Positions 47,895 through 56,880 of a stretch of 64,000 bases of DNA are shown piece by piece. How positions within the stretch are numbered: the stretch's first letter is position 1; every line of letters begins with the position of its first letter. Where the stretch lies: the IMG/VR virus record IMGVR_UViG_3300033388_007730, positions 155,189-219,188 of that record. The stretch is one strand, 5' to 3'. The notes beneath the pieces were generated by a model. It saw only the letters and a program-made list of their open reading frames with translations. It had not been told where the DNA came from and searched no databases. The translations under genes and the position numbers were made by a program.

Positions 47895-47938
47895 TAGTAT
47901 AGTCCAATTACGGGTAATCCACAAAGGAGAATGCTATT

Positions 47939-48853
47939 ATGAAAAAAGAAATGTTTTTGAGAAATTGTCCTAAATGTGGCAAAGAATTAAGTTATACAAA
48001 TAAGAAAAATAGAAATACCGCTATTAAAAAGAAGAGGCTTTGTGGATCTTGTGCTTCGGTGGAGAGGAATCAGAAATATGGTAACAATAAAAAATTTATA
48101 GAAACATATGGGGTAAAAGGGAAGTGGATAGGTAAAAAAAATCCTTTCTATGGGAAACATCATTCTGAAGAATCTCTTGCAAAAATGCAAAAAAATAAAG
48201 ATTTTAGCACTTTTAAAAGTAAAAAGTTTAAAGATAAGATGTCCAAAATATCTTCTGGTAAAAATAATCCTATGTATGGGAAAAATTATTATGATATATG
48301 GGTAGAAAAATACGGGGAGAAAGAAGCCAATAAAAAAATGGCGATACTTAGGAAAGAGAAATCTATTCAGACTTCCGGCAAAAATAATCCTATGTATGGG
48401 AAACCAGCACCACAAGGGTCAGGAAATGGATGGAGTGGGTGGTATAAAGGATGGTTCTTCAGAAGCATTAAAGAATTGTCTTATATGGTAAATGTTATTG
48501 AAGTGAATGGATTTCAGTGGAGAACAGGAGAAACAAAAGATTTATGTATAAAGTATACTAGCTATGATGGGACGGAAAGAACTTATAGGGCAGATTTTTT
48601 AGTCGAGGAGAAAAAGTTAGTTGAAGTGAAACCTATAAAATTGTTTAATACCCCAAAAAATTTATTAAAAAAACAAGCAGCTGTTAAATTTTGTAAAAAA
48701 AATGGTTATGATTATGAGGTAGTTGATGTAAGATTGTTAGATTTTGAAAAAATGGAGAGTCTTTATAATCAAAAAAAGATTAGATTTACGAAAAAATATA
48801 AAAAAAAATATGAGCAATACATAAATAGGAGAAAAAATGATGGAGATAAGTGA
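47939..48853 (+). CDS. Homing endonuclease (NUMOD3-like repeats, TnsA-like PD-(D/E)xK) between split-intein halves
   Basis: GKNNPMYGK x2, FRS..E, YRADF..VEVKP. Confidence 0.8.
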   Translation: MKKEMFLRNCPKCGKELSYTNKKNRNTAIKKKRLCGSCASVERNQKYGNNKKFIETYGVKGKWIGKKNPFYGKHHSEESLAKMQKNKDFSTFKSKKFKDKMSKISSGKNNPMYGKNYYDIWVEKYGEKEANKKMAILRKEKSIQTSGKNNPMYGKPAPQGSGNGWSGWYKGWFFRSIKELSYMVNVIEVNGFQWRTGETKDLCIKYTSYDGTERTYRADFLVEEKKLVEVKPIKLFNTPKNLLKKQAAVKFCKKNGYDYEVVDVRLLDFEKMESLYNQKKIRFTKKYKKKYEQYINRRKNDGDK

Positions 48854-49853
48854 ACAAAAAGTTGTAGCTATTAGTGATTTTTTTAATCTTGTAGAGGACG
48901 AAGGTGGGATTTATGAAGTAGAAACTCCTCAAGGATGGGTAGAAATAGGAGATTTAGTCAAAAAGTCTAATAAAGAATGTTATGCTTTATTAACTGATAA
49001 TTATAATGAAATTAGAGGATCTAATGATCATTATGTGGAGACTAAAAGAGGGTGGGTAAAATTAGAAGATATAGATGTTAAGAATGATATTGTTTATACC
49101 GATGAAGGAGAAGAATTAGTAGTCTCTTTAGAAAGTATTGGAGTTCATGATACATTTGATTTAGAAGTTTTAAATGATGAGCATAAATACTATGCCAATG
49201 GAATTGTTAGCCATAATACAGGAAAAACAACAATTGGTAATATCATTTGTAATATGATACCAGATCATACCGTTATATGGATAACTCCTGAAATTTTAGC
49301 GGAGAATATGCATCGTGCTTTTAATTCTATTAAGTCATTATATAAATTGGCAGATTTTGTTTCTCCTTGTGTTATTATACTTGAGGATTTAGATTTATTT
49401 GGCAATGATCGAGACAAAGGTGGAGATATATTATCTCTTGGTGCTTTGATGAATGTTTTAGATGGTGTCAATTCTATTAAAAACGCTGTTACAATAGGAA
49501 CTACTAATAGATTAAGTTCCATTGAATCAGCTTTGAAGAATAGACCAGGAAGGTTTGACAGAGTTATAGAAATACCAGCACTTCCGAAAGAATTGAGAAA
49601 GAAGATGTTCAGAGATAGATTAAAAGGATGGACTGTTGAAAAGGGTGCATTGGATTATATCGTTGAGAACACTAATAAATGGACTGGAGCAGAAGCACAA
49701 GAATTTATCAATAGTTTGAATTTGAAACATATTGGCAGTAATAAGAAAAAGAAGAAAGTTACTATAGTGTGGGCAGAAGAGATTATCAAAACTATGAATA
49801 AATTTGGAGTGGGAGAAGCAAGTAGTTCATTCGGATTCGGTGCTGATAAATGA
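48837..49853 (+). CDS. IntC (127 aa, 48837-49217) fused to AAA+ ATPase C-fragment
   Basis: V.TPQGW, SNDH, FDLEV..H.YYANGIVSHN then TGKT; ILEDLD, TTNR, NRPGRFDR. Confidence 0.9.
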   Translation: MMEISEQKVVAISDFFNLVEDEGGIYEVETPQGWVEIGDLVKKSNKECYALLTDNYNEIRGSNDHYVETKRGWVKLEDIDVKNDIVYTDEGEELVVSLESIGVHDTFDLEVLNDEHKYYANGIVSHNTGKTTIGNIICNMIPDHTVIWITPEILAENMHRAFNSIKSLYKLADFVSPCVIILEDLDLFGNDRDKGGDILSLGALMNVLDGVNSIKNAVTIGTTNRLSSIESALKNRPGRFDRVIEIPALPKELRKKMFRDRLKGWTVEKGALDYIVENTNKWTGAEAQEFINSLNLKHIGSNKKKKKVTIVWAEEIIKTMNKFGVGEASSSFGFGADK

Positions 49854-49956
49854 AGTAGCGATAAGGACTTATAAAAAAATTTAAGAAAAAAAAAGGATTT
49901 TGTCTTTTTTCATAGTATGTGTATTCAATATTTTTTAATATTTTTTGAAAAAAGTA

Positions 49957-49984
49957 TTGACATTTTGGAATAATATGTTATAAT
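49957..49984 (+). promoter_or_regulatory. Promoter TTGACA-N16-TATAAT with extended TG
   Basis: Perfect hexamers upstream of Ro60 gene. Confidence 0.75.
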
Positions 49985-50059
49985 ACTTGAATAACATATT
50001 GTAAAGTTGTTATAAAGTATCTAAATTTTTAATTAGGTTGATTTTAGGGAGGATCAAAA

Positions 50060-51799
50060 ATGAGTAAGTATGCAAGTAATGTAACAAATCCACGTACACC
50101 ACAAAGCAAAAAAGCTAAGAGTAGTCAAGTTAAGAATAATGCTGGAGGATATGTATTCCAGGTTGATGATTGGACTCGTCTTAATCGTTTCCTTATTCTT
50201 GGTAATGAGGGAGGATCTTATTACGCTTCAGAGAATGAGATGTCTAATGATAACTATGATGTCATTAAGAGGTGTATGGCATTGGATAGTAAGAGAACAG
50301 TTGACACTATTGTTCAAATCAGTGATGAGGGTAGAGGTATCAAAAATGCCCCAGCTGTATTTGCTCTTGCTGTTTGTAGCGTATTCGGAGATCAGCAAAC
50401 AAGGTCTTATGCTAATAAGGTGATGCCAAAAGTAGCTAGGTATTCTACCGATCTATTCTCATGGGTAGATGCAGTTAATATTCTTAAAGAAGGACGTAAG
50501 GGTAAAGGAATGCTTCGAGCTATCGGAAGATGGTATACAGAGAAAGATGCTAATAATCTGGCATATCAAATCTGTAAATATCCATCACGTTCTATCGGTG
50601 GTCATAAGTGGGGTCACGCTGACCTGCTTCGTCTAGCTAGAATTTCTCCACCTGCTGCTAATGGTAAACCAGCTAAAGGTGGAAAGGCTTTAACTCTTCC
50701 ATCTGATGATCATGGTATTCTTTTGAAGTACGCTGTACATGGAGTTACATCTCCTCAAGAAATTGATGAGAGAGCTAAGTTAGCAGAGTCTACTGGTAAG
50801 GCACAAGAGAAAGCTGGTATTACTTCTGAGCAACTGGATGGGTTGAAGGATACCCCTTTGAAATATGTATATGCTCATGAGATGTGTAAGAAGGCTAATA
50901 CAGCAAATAAGGTAGTTGCGGTTATTAAGAAATATAAAGTTTCTAGAGAGTCTGTTGCTCCAAATCTAAGGAACGATAAAAAAGTTCAAAGGGCTTTATT
51001 GCCAAGTATGCCTATGACAGCTTTAATTAGGAACCTTGGTGGAATGACTGCTTCTGGTTTGTTGAAGCCATTGTCAGATGAGACTGCGATTGTTATTGAC
51101 AAGATTAGTAATAAAGAGAATCTTAAGAAAGGTCGTATTCATCCTATGAGCGTTTTGCTTGCTATGAAAGTTTATGAGCAAGGACATGGAATGAGAACTA
51201 GTTGGGAGCCAGTTCCACAAATCATAGATGCTCTTGAGAATAGTTTTTACGCAGCATTTAATTACGTAGAGCCAACAGGTAAGAAGTATTTACTTGGCAT
51301 TGATGTTAGTGGGTCTATGGATTGGGACAAGTTGTCTGAGAAAGTTCCAATGACTTCTGCTCAGTGTGCTGCTGCGGTAGCAATGACAATCGCTAGAACA
51401 GAGAAGAATTATCAAATGATGGCTTTTACTAGTATTTTCAAGAAATTGAATATCACAGCAAAAGACAGATTGGGAACAGTTCTTCGCAAGACTAGTGGTA
51501 TGGCTTTCGGCAGTACAGATTGTTCATTGCCAATGCAATATGCTAGCAAGCACGAACTTGATGTTGATGCTTTTGTTGTTCTTACAGATAGTGAGACTTG
51601 GTTTGGTGGAGTCCATCCATTTCAGGCTCTGAAGAGCTACAGGAGAAAGTTCAACAAAAATGCTAAGCTTATTGTTCTAGCATTCGAGGCAAATAGATTT
51701 AGTATTGCTGATCCAAGTGATGCTGGCATGATGGATATTGTAGGTATGGATAGTAATGTACCACGGATTCTATCAGAATTTGTCTCAGGGAAGCTTTAA
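50060..51799 (+). CDS. Ro60/TROVE-vWA RNA-binding protein
   Basis: NNAGGY.F, RFLILG.EGGSYY, W.H.DLLRL, MP.TALIRNL, IHP, DVSGSM, TDC.LPM, TDSETW. Confidence 0.95.
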   Translation: MSKYASNVTNPRTPQSKKAKSSQVKNNAGGYVFQVDDWTRLNRFLILGNEGGSYYASENEMSNDNYDVIKRCMALDSKRTVDTIVQISDEGRGIKNAPAVFALAVCSVFGDQQTRSYANKVMPKVARYSTDLFSWVDAVNILKEGRKGKGMLRAIGRWYTEKDANNLAYQICKYPSRSIGGHKWGHADLLRLARISPPAANGKPAKGGKALTLPSDDHGILLKYAVHGVTSPQEIDERAKLAESTGKAQEKAGITSEQLDGLKDTPLKYVYAHEMCKKANTANKVVAVIKKYKVSRESVAPNLRNDKKVQRALLPSMPMTALIRNLGGMTASGLLKPLSDETAIVIDKISNKENLKKGRIHPMSVLLAMKVYEQGHGMRTSWEPVPQIIDALENSFYAAFNYVEPTGKKYLLGIDVSGSMDWDKLSEKVPMTSAQCAAAVAMTIARTEKNYQMMAFTSIFKKLNITAKDRLGTVLRKTSGMAFGSTDCSLPMQYASKHELDVDAFVVLTDSETWFGGVHPFQALKSYRRKFNKNAKLIVLAFEANRFSIADPSDAGMMDIVGMDSNVPRILSEFVSGKL

Positions 51800-51820
51800 T
51801 CTGTATTTTTTTAACAAATA

Positions 51821-51852
51821 GGGGGGTGGTAGCTGTGCTATCACCCTTTTTT
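51821..51852 (+). terminator. Rho-independent terminator
   Basis: gggtggtagc/gctatcaccc plus T run. Confidence 0.8.
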
Positions 51853-51853
51853 C

Positions 51854-51878
51854 AATTCCGCCAGAGTGAAAAAATTAT
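51854..51878 (+). repeat. Intergenic repeat AATTCCGCCAGAGTGAAAAAATTAT, copy 1 of 4
   Basis: Other copies at 52452, 59193, 61841. Confidence 0.85.
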
Positions 51879-51894
51879 TAACTTATAGGAATAT

Positions 51895-52452
51895 ATGAAA
51901 GAATATAAAACAATTTATCTTGACCCACCCTGGAATGAGTATGGTGGTGGAAAAGTTAAAAGAGGAGCAGATAGACACTATCCTCTTATGAAGACAAAAG
52001 ATATTATCAATATGAAAGATTTTATTGAAAGTATCTCTGAGAATAACAGCCATTTGTATATGTGGGTGACTAATAATTTTTTACCAGATGGTCTAAAAGT
52101 TTTAGATGCTTGGGGATTTAGATATATCACAAAAATAGATTGGTTCAAAGAGGGGAAGATAGGACTAGGACAATACTATAGAGGTATTACTGAGTCTTGT
52201 TTATTTGGGGTGAAAGGAAAATTGCCTTATAAGGTAATCAATGGCAATCGGCAACAAGGTATAACAGGCTTCACTGCTCCAAGAGGGAGACACTCGCAGA
52301 AACCAGAGTTCATGAGGGAACAGATAGAAAGAGTCTCTTATCCTCCTTTTGTTGAGATATTTGCTAGACCACAAGATAATGACATATTTGTGGATTCTGA
52401 TAAAGTTAAATGGGACTATATGGGAAATGAGGCAGATGGGACAAATTTCTAA
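51895..52452 (+). CDS. MT-A70-family N6-adenine methyltransferase
   Basis: DPPW, HY..M, LYMWVTN, WGFRY, G.G.Y.R..TE, HS.KP. Confidence 0.9.
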   Translation: MKEYKTIYLDPPWNEYGGGKVKRGADRHYPLMKTKDIINMKDFIESISENNSHLYMWVTNNFLPDGLKVLDAWGFRYITKIDWFKEGKIGLGQYYRGITESCLFGVKGKLPYKVINGNRQQGITGFTAPRGRHSQKPEFMREQIERVSYPPFVEIFARPQDNDIFVDSDKVKWDYMGNEADGTNF

Positions 52453-52479
52453 ATTCCGCCAGAGTGAAAAAAATTATAA
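52452..52479 (+). repeat. Intergenic repeat copy 2
   Basis: aattccgccagagtgaaaaaaattataa. Confidence 0.85.
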
Positions 52480-52514
52480 TTAGTATGTTGTGATACTAAA
52501 TAATAGTTGTTGTA

Positions 52515-53120
52515 ATGAGAAAGGGAATACTAATGTCGGTAGCTGAAAGAAACAGATATTTACAGATTCTTTATAAGAATGGTGCTAATAGAAAACAAGT
52601 TTCTATTATCATGAAAGACATTGATGAGAGTAATATTTTTGCCGAAGAAGATATCATCGATATTTATGATGAAGATGATGATTTCAACCGTGTAGCAGAA
52701 ATTCTTTTCAGCAAAACTGCAACAAAAGAAGAAAAAATGGAGGCTGAGAAGTCTTTGAATGAGGAAAAATTAGGGAATAAGATTAGTAAAAAAGGAAAGT
52801 TAAAAGTAACCGAAGCAATGATACTAAAAAAGCAAAGAGAATACATTGCTGCTAATCTTGTTTTAGAAGATGATGAGGATGAAGAGCAAGAAGATTTTGG
52901 CTCTATTGATGAACAAGATGCAAGGTTAGAGGCTCACGCCAGATATGGGCGTAGTCCATTACATGAAGCGATAGCTTATAGAGAGATAGAGTATGTTAAG
53001 AAGTGCATAAAAGAAGGAAAATATCTTGATGCTATCGACAACAATGGACATACTCCTAGAGAAATGGCTTTTTATGATGGCTGGATGGATGCAGTTAAAT
53101 TGTTTAGTGAGGTTTGTTAA
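52515..53120 (+). CDS. Acidic protein with C-terminal ankyrin repeats
   Basis: GRSPLHEAI..V..I..G....D..G.TP. Confidence 0.75.
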   Translation: MRKGILMSVAERNRYLQILYKNGANRKQVSIIMKDIDESNIFAEEDIIDIYDEDDDFNRVAEILFSKTATKEEKMEAEKSLNEEKLGNKISKKGKLKVTEAMILKKQREYIAANLVLEDDEDEEQEDFGSIDEQDARLEAHARYGRSPLHEAIAYREIEYVKKCIKEGKYLDAIDNNGHTPREMAFYDGWMDAVKLFSEVC

Positions 53121-53143
53121 TTTTTTTTAGAAGGAGATGTAGT

Positions 53144-53578
53144 ATGAGATTTTTGGTAAATGGTAGAGTTTATGATATAAGGTTCGGAAAGCAGTATCGT
53201 ATTGATCATTTTGGCAGGGCATTGTTCCCTCTTGAGGACACCAGATGTACGATCAGTACAGTAGATGAAAGCATTCAGGGTCCTGAGAAGTATGAATGTG
53301 TTGGTGAAGGAATGGCTTATCTTAGCCATAACGATGAACAGGATTACGACAAGTGGGTAGGCAGGAAGTTGGCATTTGGAAGAGCTTTGCATCGGTTTGG
53401 TAAAGAGGATCGTGCCGAGTTTTGGAGAATATATAAAGATCGTTTTCCAGGACGTAAATTTGAGGTTGCAGTATCTATGGATGGTTGCAAAGAAGCGAAT
53501 ACTATCGCATTTTGTATCAGGAACATTGAGGATTTGCCTCAACCAGAGCGGGCTACAACAGTTGGGGAATCCGTATAG
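53144..53578 (+). CDS. Hypothetical phage protein
   Basis: AAGGAG RBS; D.YDK.VGRKLAF.RAL. Confidence 0.7.
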   Translation: MRFLVNGRVYDIRFGKQYRIDHFGRALFPLEDTRCTISTVDESIQGPEKYECVGEGMAYLSHNDEQDYDKWVGRKLAFGRALHRFGKEDRAEFWRIYKDRFPGRKFEVAVSMDGCKEANTIAFCIRNIEDLPQPERATTVGESV

Positions 53579-53609
53579 GATTCTAAGTTAAAAGCATAGT
53601 TATTTAAGT

Positions 53610-53644
53610 AGGATGTTGGGATTGTTTCTCAACATCCTGTTTTA
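53610..53644 (+). terminator. Terminator-like hairpin
   Basis: aggatgttggga/tctcaacatcct plus T run. Confidence 0.65.
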
Positions 53645-53773
53645 CTAATTAGTGGGAAAAGAAAAGGTGATGGCCCAAACAAAATAACAAATAATAATAC
53701 ACGGGTAGTAGGAATAAGCGGGTTTAAAGCTATTAAATTTTATAAATTAATTAAAGATTTAGAAATTCCTAAA

Positions 53774-55069
53774 ATGGAAAGTAAATGGGATGTTTTTGAG
53801 AATGAGATTAATGATAAAGGTGAATATTTTTATTTAGAGGATTTAAGTAAAAATCGAAAGAGAGGAAAAATGGAAAATTTTGTAAAAATGCTTAAAGATT
53901 GTAGTAAACAACATCCAGCTAGAGTTATGAATTTTGATGATTTAGTTACAGGATTGTTCTATGAGGTTGATTCTGGTAACATAAATGTTAATTATCATCC
54001 ATTATATCCCCAGTTGGCTATATTCAAATATACTCAAAATTGTGTTGTAGAAAGAAATTGGAATCAGTTTACTCTTGTTGCAAGGGGTCTTATACTTGAT
54101 CTTGAAGATGAGAAGGTTATTGCTACACCTTTCATAAAATTTCATAATTATAATGAAATTATAGAGTCTAAAAATTTCATAGAAGCTAAGTTTGTAGCTA
54201 CAGAAAAAGTTGATGGGTCTATGGGTATAATCTTCCATTACGATGAGAGATGGATGGTAGCAACTTGTGGTTCTTTTATATCTGAACAAGCACAGTGGGC
54301 AAGAGAGTGGTTGTACAAGAATGTTGTTGTACAAGATATGGATGTTACAAATACTTATCTGGTAGAAATAATATATCCAGAGAATAAGATTGTAGTGTCT
54401 TATGACTTCTCAGGTTTAGTCTTGCTTGCGGTTTACGATAAGTTTGGCTTGGAATATACTCAAGAGTTATTACAAGCAGAGTCTTCTTATCTTAAACTTA
54501 GAAAAGTGAAAGAATATGATTTCAGGAACATTGATCAAATTCTTAAACTTGCTAAGAAGCTTGATCATAATCAAGAAGGATTTGTTATCAGATTTGGTAG
54601 CGGTGTTAGGCTTAAAGTAAAGGGTGATGAGTATGTACGTATTCATCGTCTTATATCAAAGGTTACACCTATAGCAATTTGGGAAGCACTGCTTCATGGT
54701 GATGATTTAGCTGAGGTAAAGAAGGATCTTCCAGAAGAATTAGAGAAAGATTTCAATGCTATTATTGCTCTTTTGGAAGAGAAGTTGTCTATCTTCATAC
54801 AAGAAGTAGAGACAATGTGTGAGAACACAAAGAGTATGTCTGATAGAGAACTTGGTATGTATATGCAACAACGGCCAGAGGCATTTGCTGGTGGAGAATT
54901 CCCAGAAAGTAAGAGATATATCTTCATGATGAGAAAAGGGAAGTTTTATCAGGCTTTAGATGATACTGATTCTAAAGGGCGTAGGCAGTTGTTCAAAGTA
55001 TTTAAGCCTAAGTCTAATGTTCTTGATGGATATCGTCCATCTTCTGTTGTAAATCGTTTCATACAGTAA
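53774..55069 (+). CDS. T4 Rnl1-like RNA ligase
   Basis: ARGLI, PF.KF.N, EKVDGSMG, ATCGSF.SEQA, EGFV, K.K...Y; start may be 53870. Confidence 0.9.
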   Translation: MESKWDVFENEINDKGEYFYLEDLSKNRKRGKMENFVKMLKDCSKQHPARVMNFDDLVTGLFYEVDSGNINVNYHPLYPQLAIFKYTQNCVVERNWNQFTLVARGLILDLEDEKVIATPFIKFHNYNEIIESKNFIEAKFVATEKVDGSMGIIFHYDERWMVATCGSFISEQAQWAREWLYKNVVVQDMDVTNTYLVEIIYPENKIVVSYDFSGLVLLAVYDKFGLEYTQELLQAESSYLKLRKVKEYDFRNIDQILKLAKKLDHNQEGFVIRFGSGVRLKVKGDEYVRIHRLISKVTPIAIWEALLHGDDLAEVKKDLPEELEKDFNAIIALLEEKLSIFIQEVETMCENTKSMSDRELGMYMQQRPEAFAGGEFPESKRYIFMMRKGKFYQALDDTDSKGRRQLFKVFKPKSNVLDGYRPSSVVNRFIQ

Positions 55070-55113
55070 AATGGTGGGATAGGTGAAATTTTTTCACCTT
55101 TTCCCCATTTTTT
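55069..55113 (+). terminator. Terminator-like hairpin
   Basis: aggtgaaa/tttcacct inner stem with flanking pairing and T run. Confidence 0.6.
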
Positions 55114-55115
55114 GG

Positions 55116-55143
55116 TTGAAAGTGAATAAGAAAAGAGTATAAT
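55116..55143 (+). promoter_or_regulatory. Promoter TTGAAA-N16-TATAAT
   Basis: Shared TTGAAAGTGA start. Confidence 0.6.
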
Positions 55144-55178
55144 TGAAATAGTTATATTACTTATACTATGGAGATTAT

Positions 55179-55622
55179 ATGAATACACAAAAAAAGAAGT
55201 ATGTACCAGTGTCATGTTATGTTGATGAAAATTGGATGGATATTGGAGGTAACATATATCCTAAAGAGGGGTTAGTCACATCTAAAGAATTTACAGATGA
55301 CATAAATATACAATTTGGTTTGTATGGTATTCTTTGGGGACAGACTGATTATCTACTTTATGAAAAAACTAAGAATAGTAATTGGGTAGTTGTCAAGGTG
55401 GAACTTGATAACAATTTTATTGTTGTAGATAAGTTCCACAATAGAGTAAAGTTCAAAGATGGGATGATACTTTGTTCTGGAAGTATTCGGAAAACAGGAA
55501 GATTCTTATGGAATAATAGAAATGTTTCTTCACAATATTTTTGTGATCCACCAAAAGATATTAAAGAAGAAGAAATAGTAGGTACTAGTTCGTGGATGAA
55601 AGAATTTAGAGGTAAAAACTAA
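55179..55622 (+). CDS. Hypothetical protein
   Basis: GGAG RBS; GL.G.LWG..W.VV.V..VKF..G. Confidence 0.7.
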   Translation: MNTQKKKYVPVSCYVDENWMDIGGNIYPKEGLVTSKEFTDDINIQFGLYGILWGQTDYLLYEKTKNSNWVVVKVELDNNFIVVDKFHNRVKFKDGMILCSGSIRKTGRFLWNNRNVSSQYFCDPPKDIKEEEIVGTSSWMKEFRGKN

Positions 55623-55659
55623 TGATCTTCATTGGTGATGTTAATTTAAGGAGTTTAAA

Positions 55660-55839
55660 ATGGGAATAATTTTAATTGGACTTTATGTTTTTGTTTGTAT
55701 GATGTGGGGAATTTTTGCTATTCGGATGCAGATAATAACTTATCCTGAGAAAAGAAGTAGATTACGATTACTATGTGTTTTTGCGGTGAATTTTATATTA
55801 TGCCCATTTTTAATCTTGGTGGCAACCGTTAAGCTGTGA
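55660..55839 (+). CDS. Small two-helix membrane protein
   Basis: AAGGAG RBS; read by hand. Confidence 0.6.
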   Translation: MGIILIGLYVFVCMMWGIFAIRMQIITYPEKRSRLRLLCVFAVNFILCPFLILVATVKL

Positions 55840-55941
55840 AGAGTAAAATATTTTTTATAGTATATTTTACATGGAAAATTAAAGGAGTTTTTAATTAAAA
55901 TCCGAATAAGTATAATAGATATAATTTTTAGGAGATCTATT

Positions 55942-56850
55942 ATGCTTGTTGAATGCGAAAATTGTGGTGAATTAGTTAAAAAATCACCAAGCCACGTTAA
56001 AACACTAAAACATATTTTTTGTGGTAAAAAATGTAGAACAGAATATCGTTTTCTGAATAAAAAAAATAGTAAGTTCTTTGAAAATATAAATACTGAAGAG
56101 AAAGCCTATTGGTTGGGTTTTATTTGTGCTGATGGATGGATGTGTAATAGAGATCCATCTTTTGGGGTAGGATTATCATCGGTAGATAAAATTCATCTGA
56201 TGAAATTTGCCAGATTATTTGATGCTAAAATAATAGAAAATACCAGAGTAGTCCATGGAAAAATATATTATAGAGTTCAAATTCAAGTGTATAATCCTTT
56301 TTTGTATGAGCAATTATTGAGCAAAGGTGTAGTTCCTAATAAAAGTTTAATAAATCGTTTAGATGTTTTTAAATATGTTCCTAAATATTTAAGTTCTCAT
56401 TTCGTAAGAGGGTGGTTCGATGGAGATGGAAGCATATATATAAATAAAGTTAAATGTGCGAATACTTTTTCTATCTGTGGAACTAAGGGTAATTTGAGGA
56501 AAATACAAAGTATGATATTAAATGGTGTTGAAAATTTACGAGTTACAAAAATAAAATCTACTAAAGGTATTTTTGCTTTAGAATGGGGAGGAAGTCATCA
56601 GGCAATTGCTATTAGGAATTGGCTCTACAATGATGCTACTGTTTTTTTATCTCGTAAGAAAGAAAAATTTAATAAGGTTGTAAGAAAAATAGGGAAAAAG
56701 ACTTCTGATTATAGGGGAGTTCATTGGAACAAAGAAAATGAAAAATGGATAGCTCAAATTACTTACAATAAAAAAGTTCATTATTTAGGATCTTTTAGAG
56801 AAGAAGAAATGGCAGCTTTAGCATATACTAAAGCTTTGATAAATGTTTAG
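55942..56850 (+). CDS. LAGLIDADG homing endonuclease with N-terminal zinc finger and C-terminal AP2 domain
   Basis: KAYWLGFICADG, FVRGWFDGDG, S.YRGV.W...KW.A.I....YLG.F..E..AA.AY. Confidence 0.88.
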   Translation: MLVECENCGELVKKSPSHVKTLKHIFCGKKCRTEYRFLNKKNSKFFENINTEEKAYWLGFICADGWMCNRDPSFGVGLSSVDKIHLMKFARLFDAKIIENTRVVHGKIYYRVQIQVYNPFLYEQLLSKGVVPNKSLINRLDVFKYVPKYLSSHFVRGWFDGDGSIYINKVKCANTFSICGTKGNLRKIQSMILNGVENLRVTKIKSTKGIFALEWGGSHQAIAIRNWLYNDATVFLSRKKEKFNKVVRKIGKKTSDYRGVHWNKENEKWIAQITYNKKVHYLGSFREEEMAALAYTKALINV

Positions 56851-56880
56851 ATTAAAAATAAAATAGATTAAGAGAGGTGT

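Noticed and set aside
49854-53773. Y RNA near the Ro60 gene
   Set aside because: Flanks contain only promoter, terminators and the 4-copy repeat; no Ro-binding stem or tRNA-like domain recognised by eye. A covariance search is still advisable.
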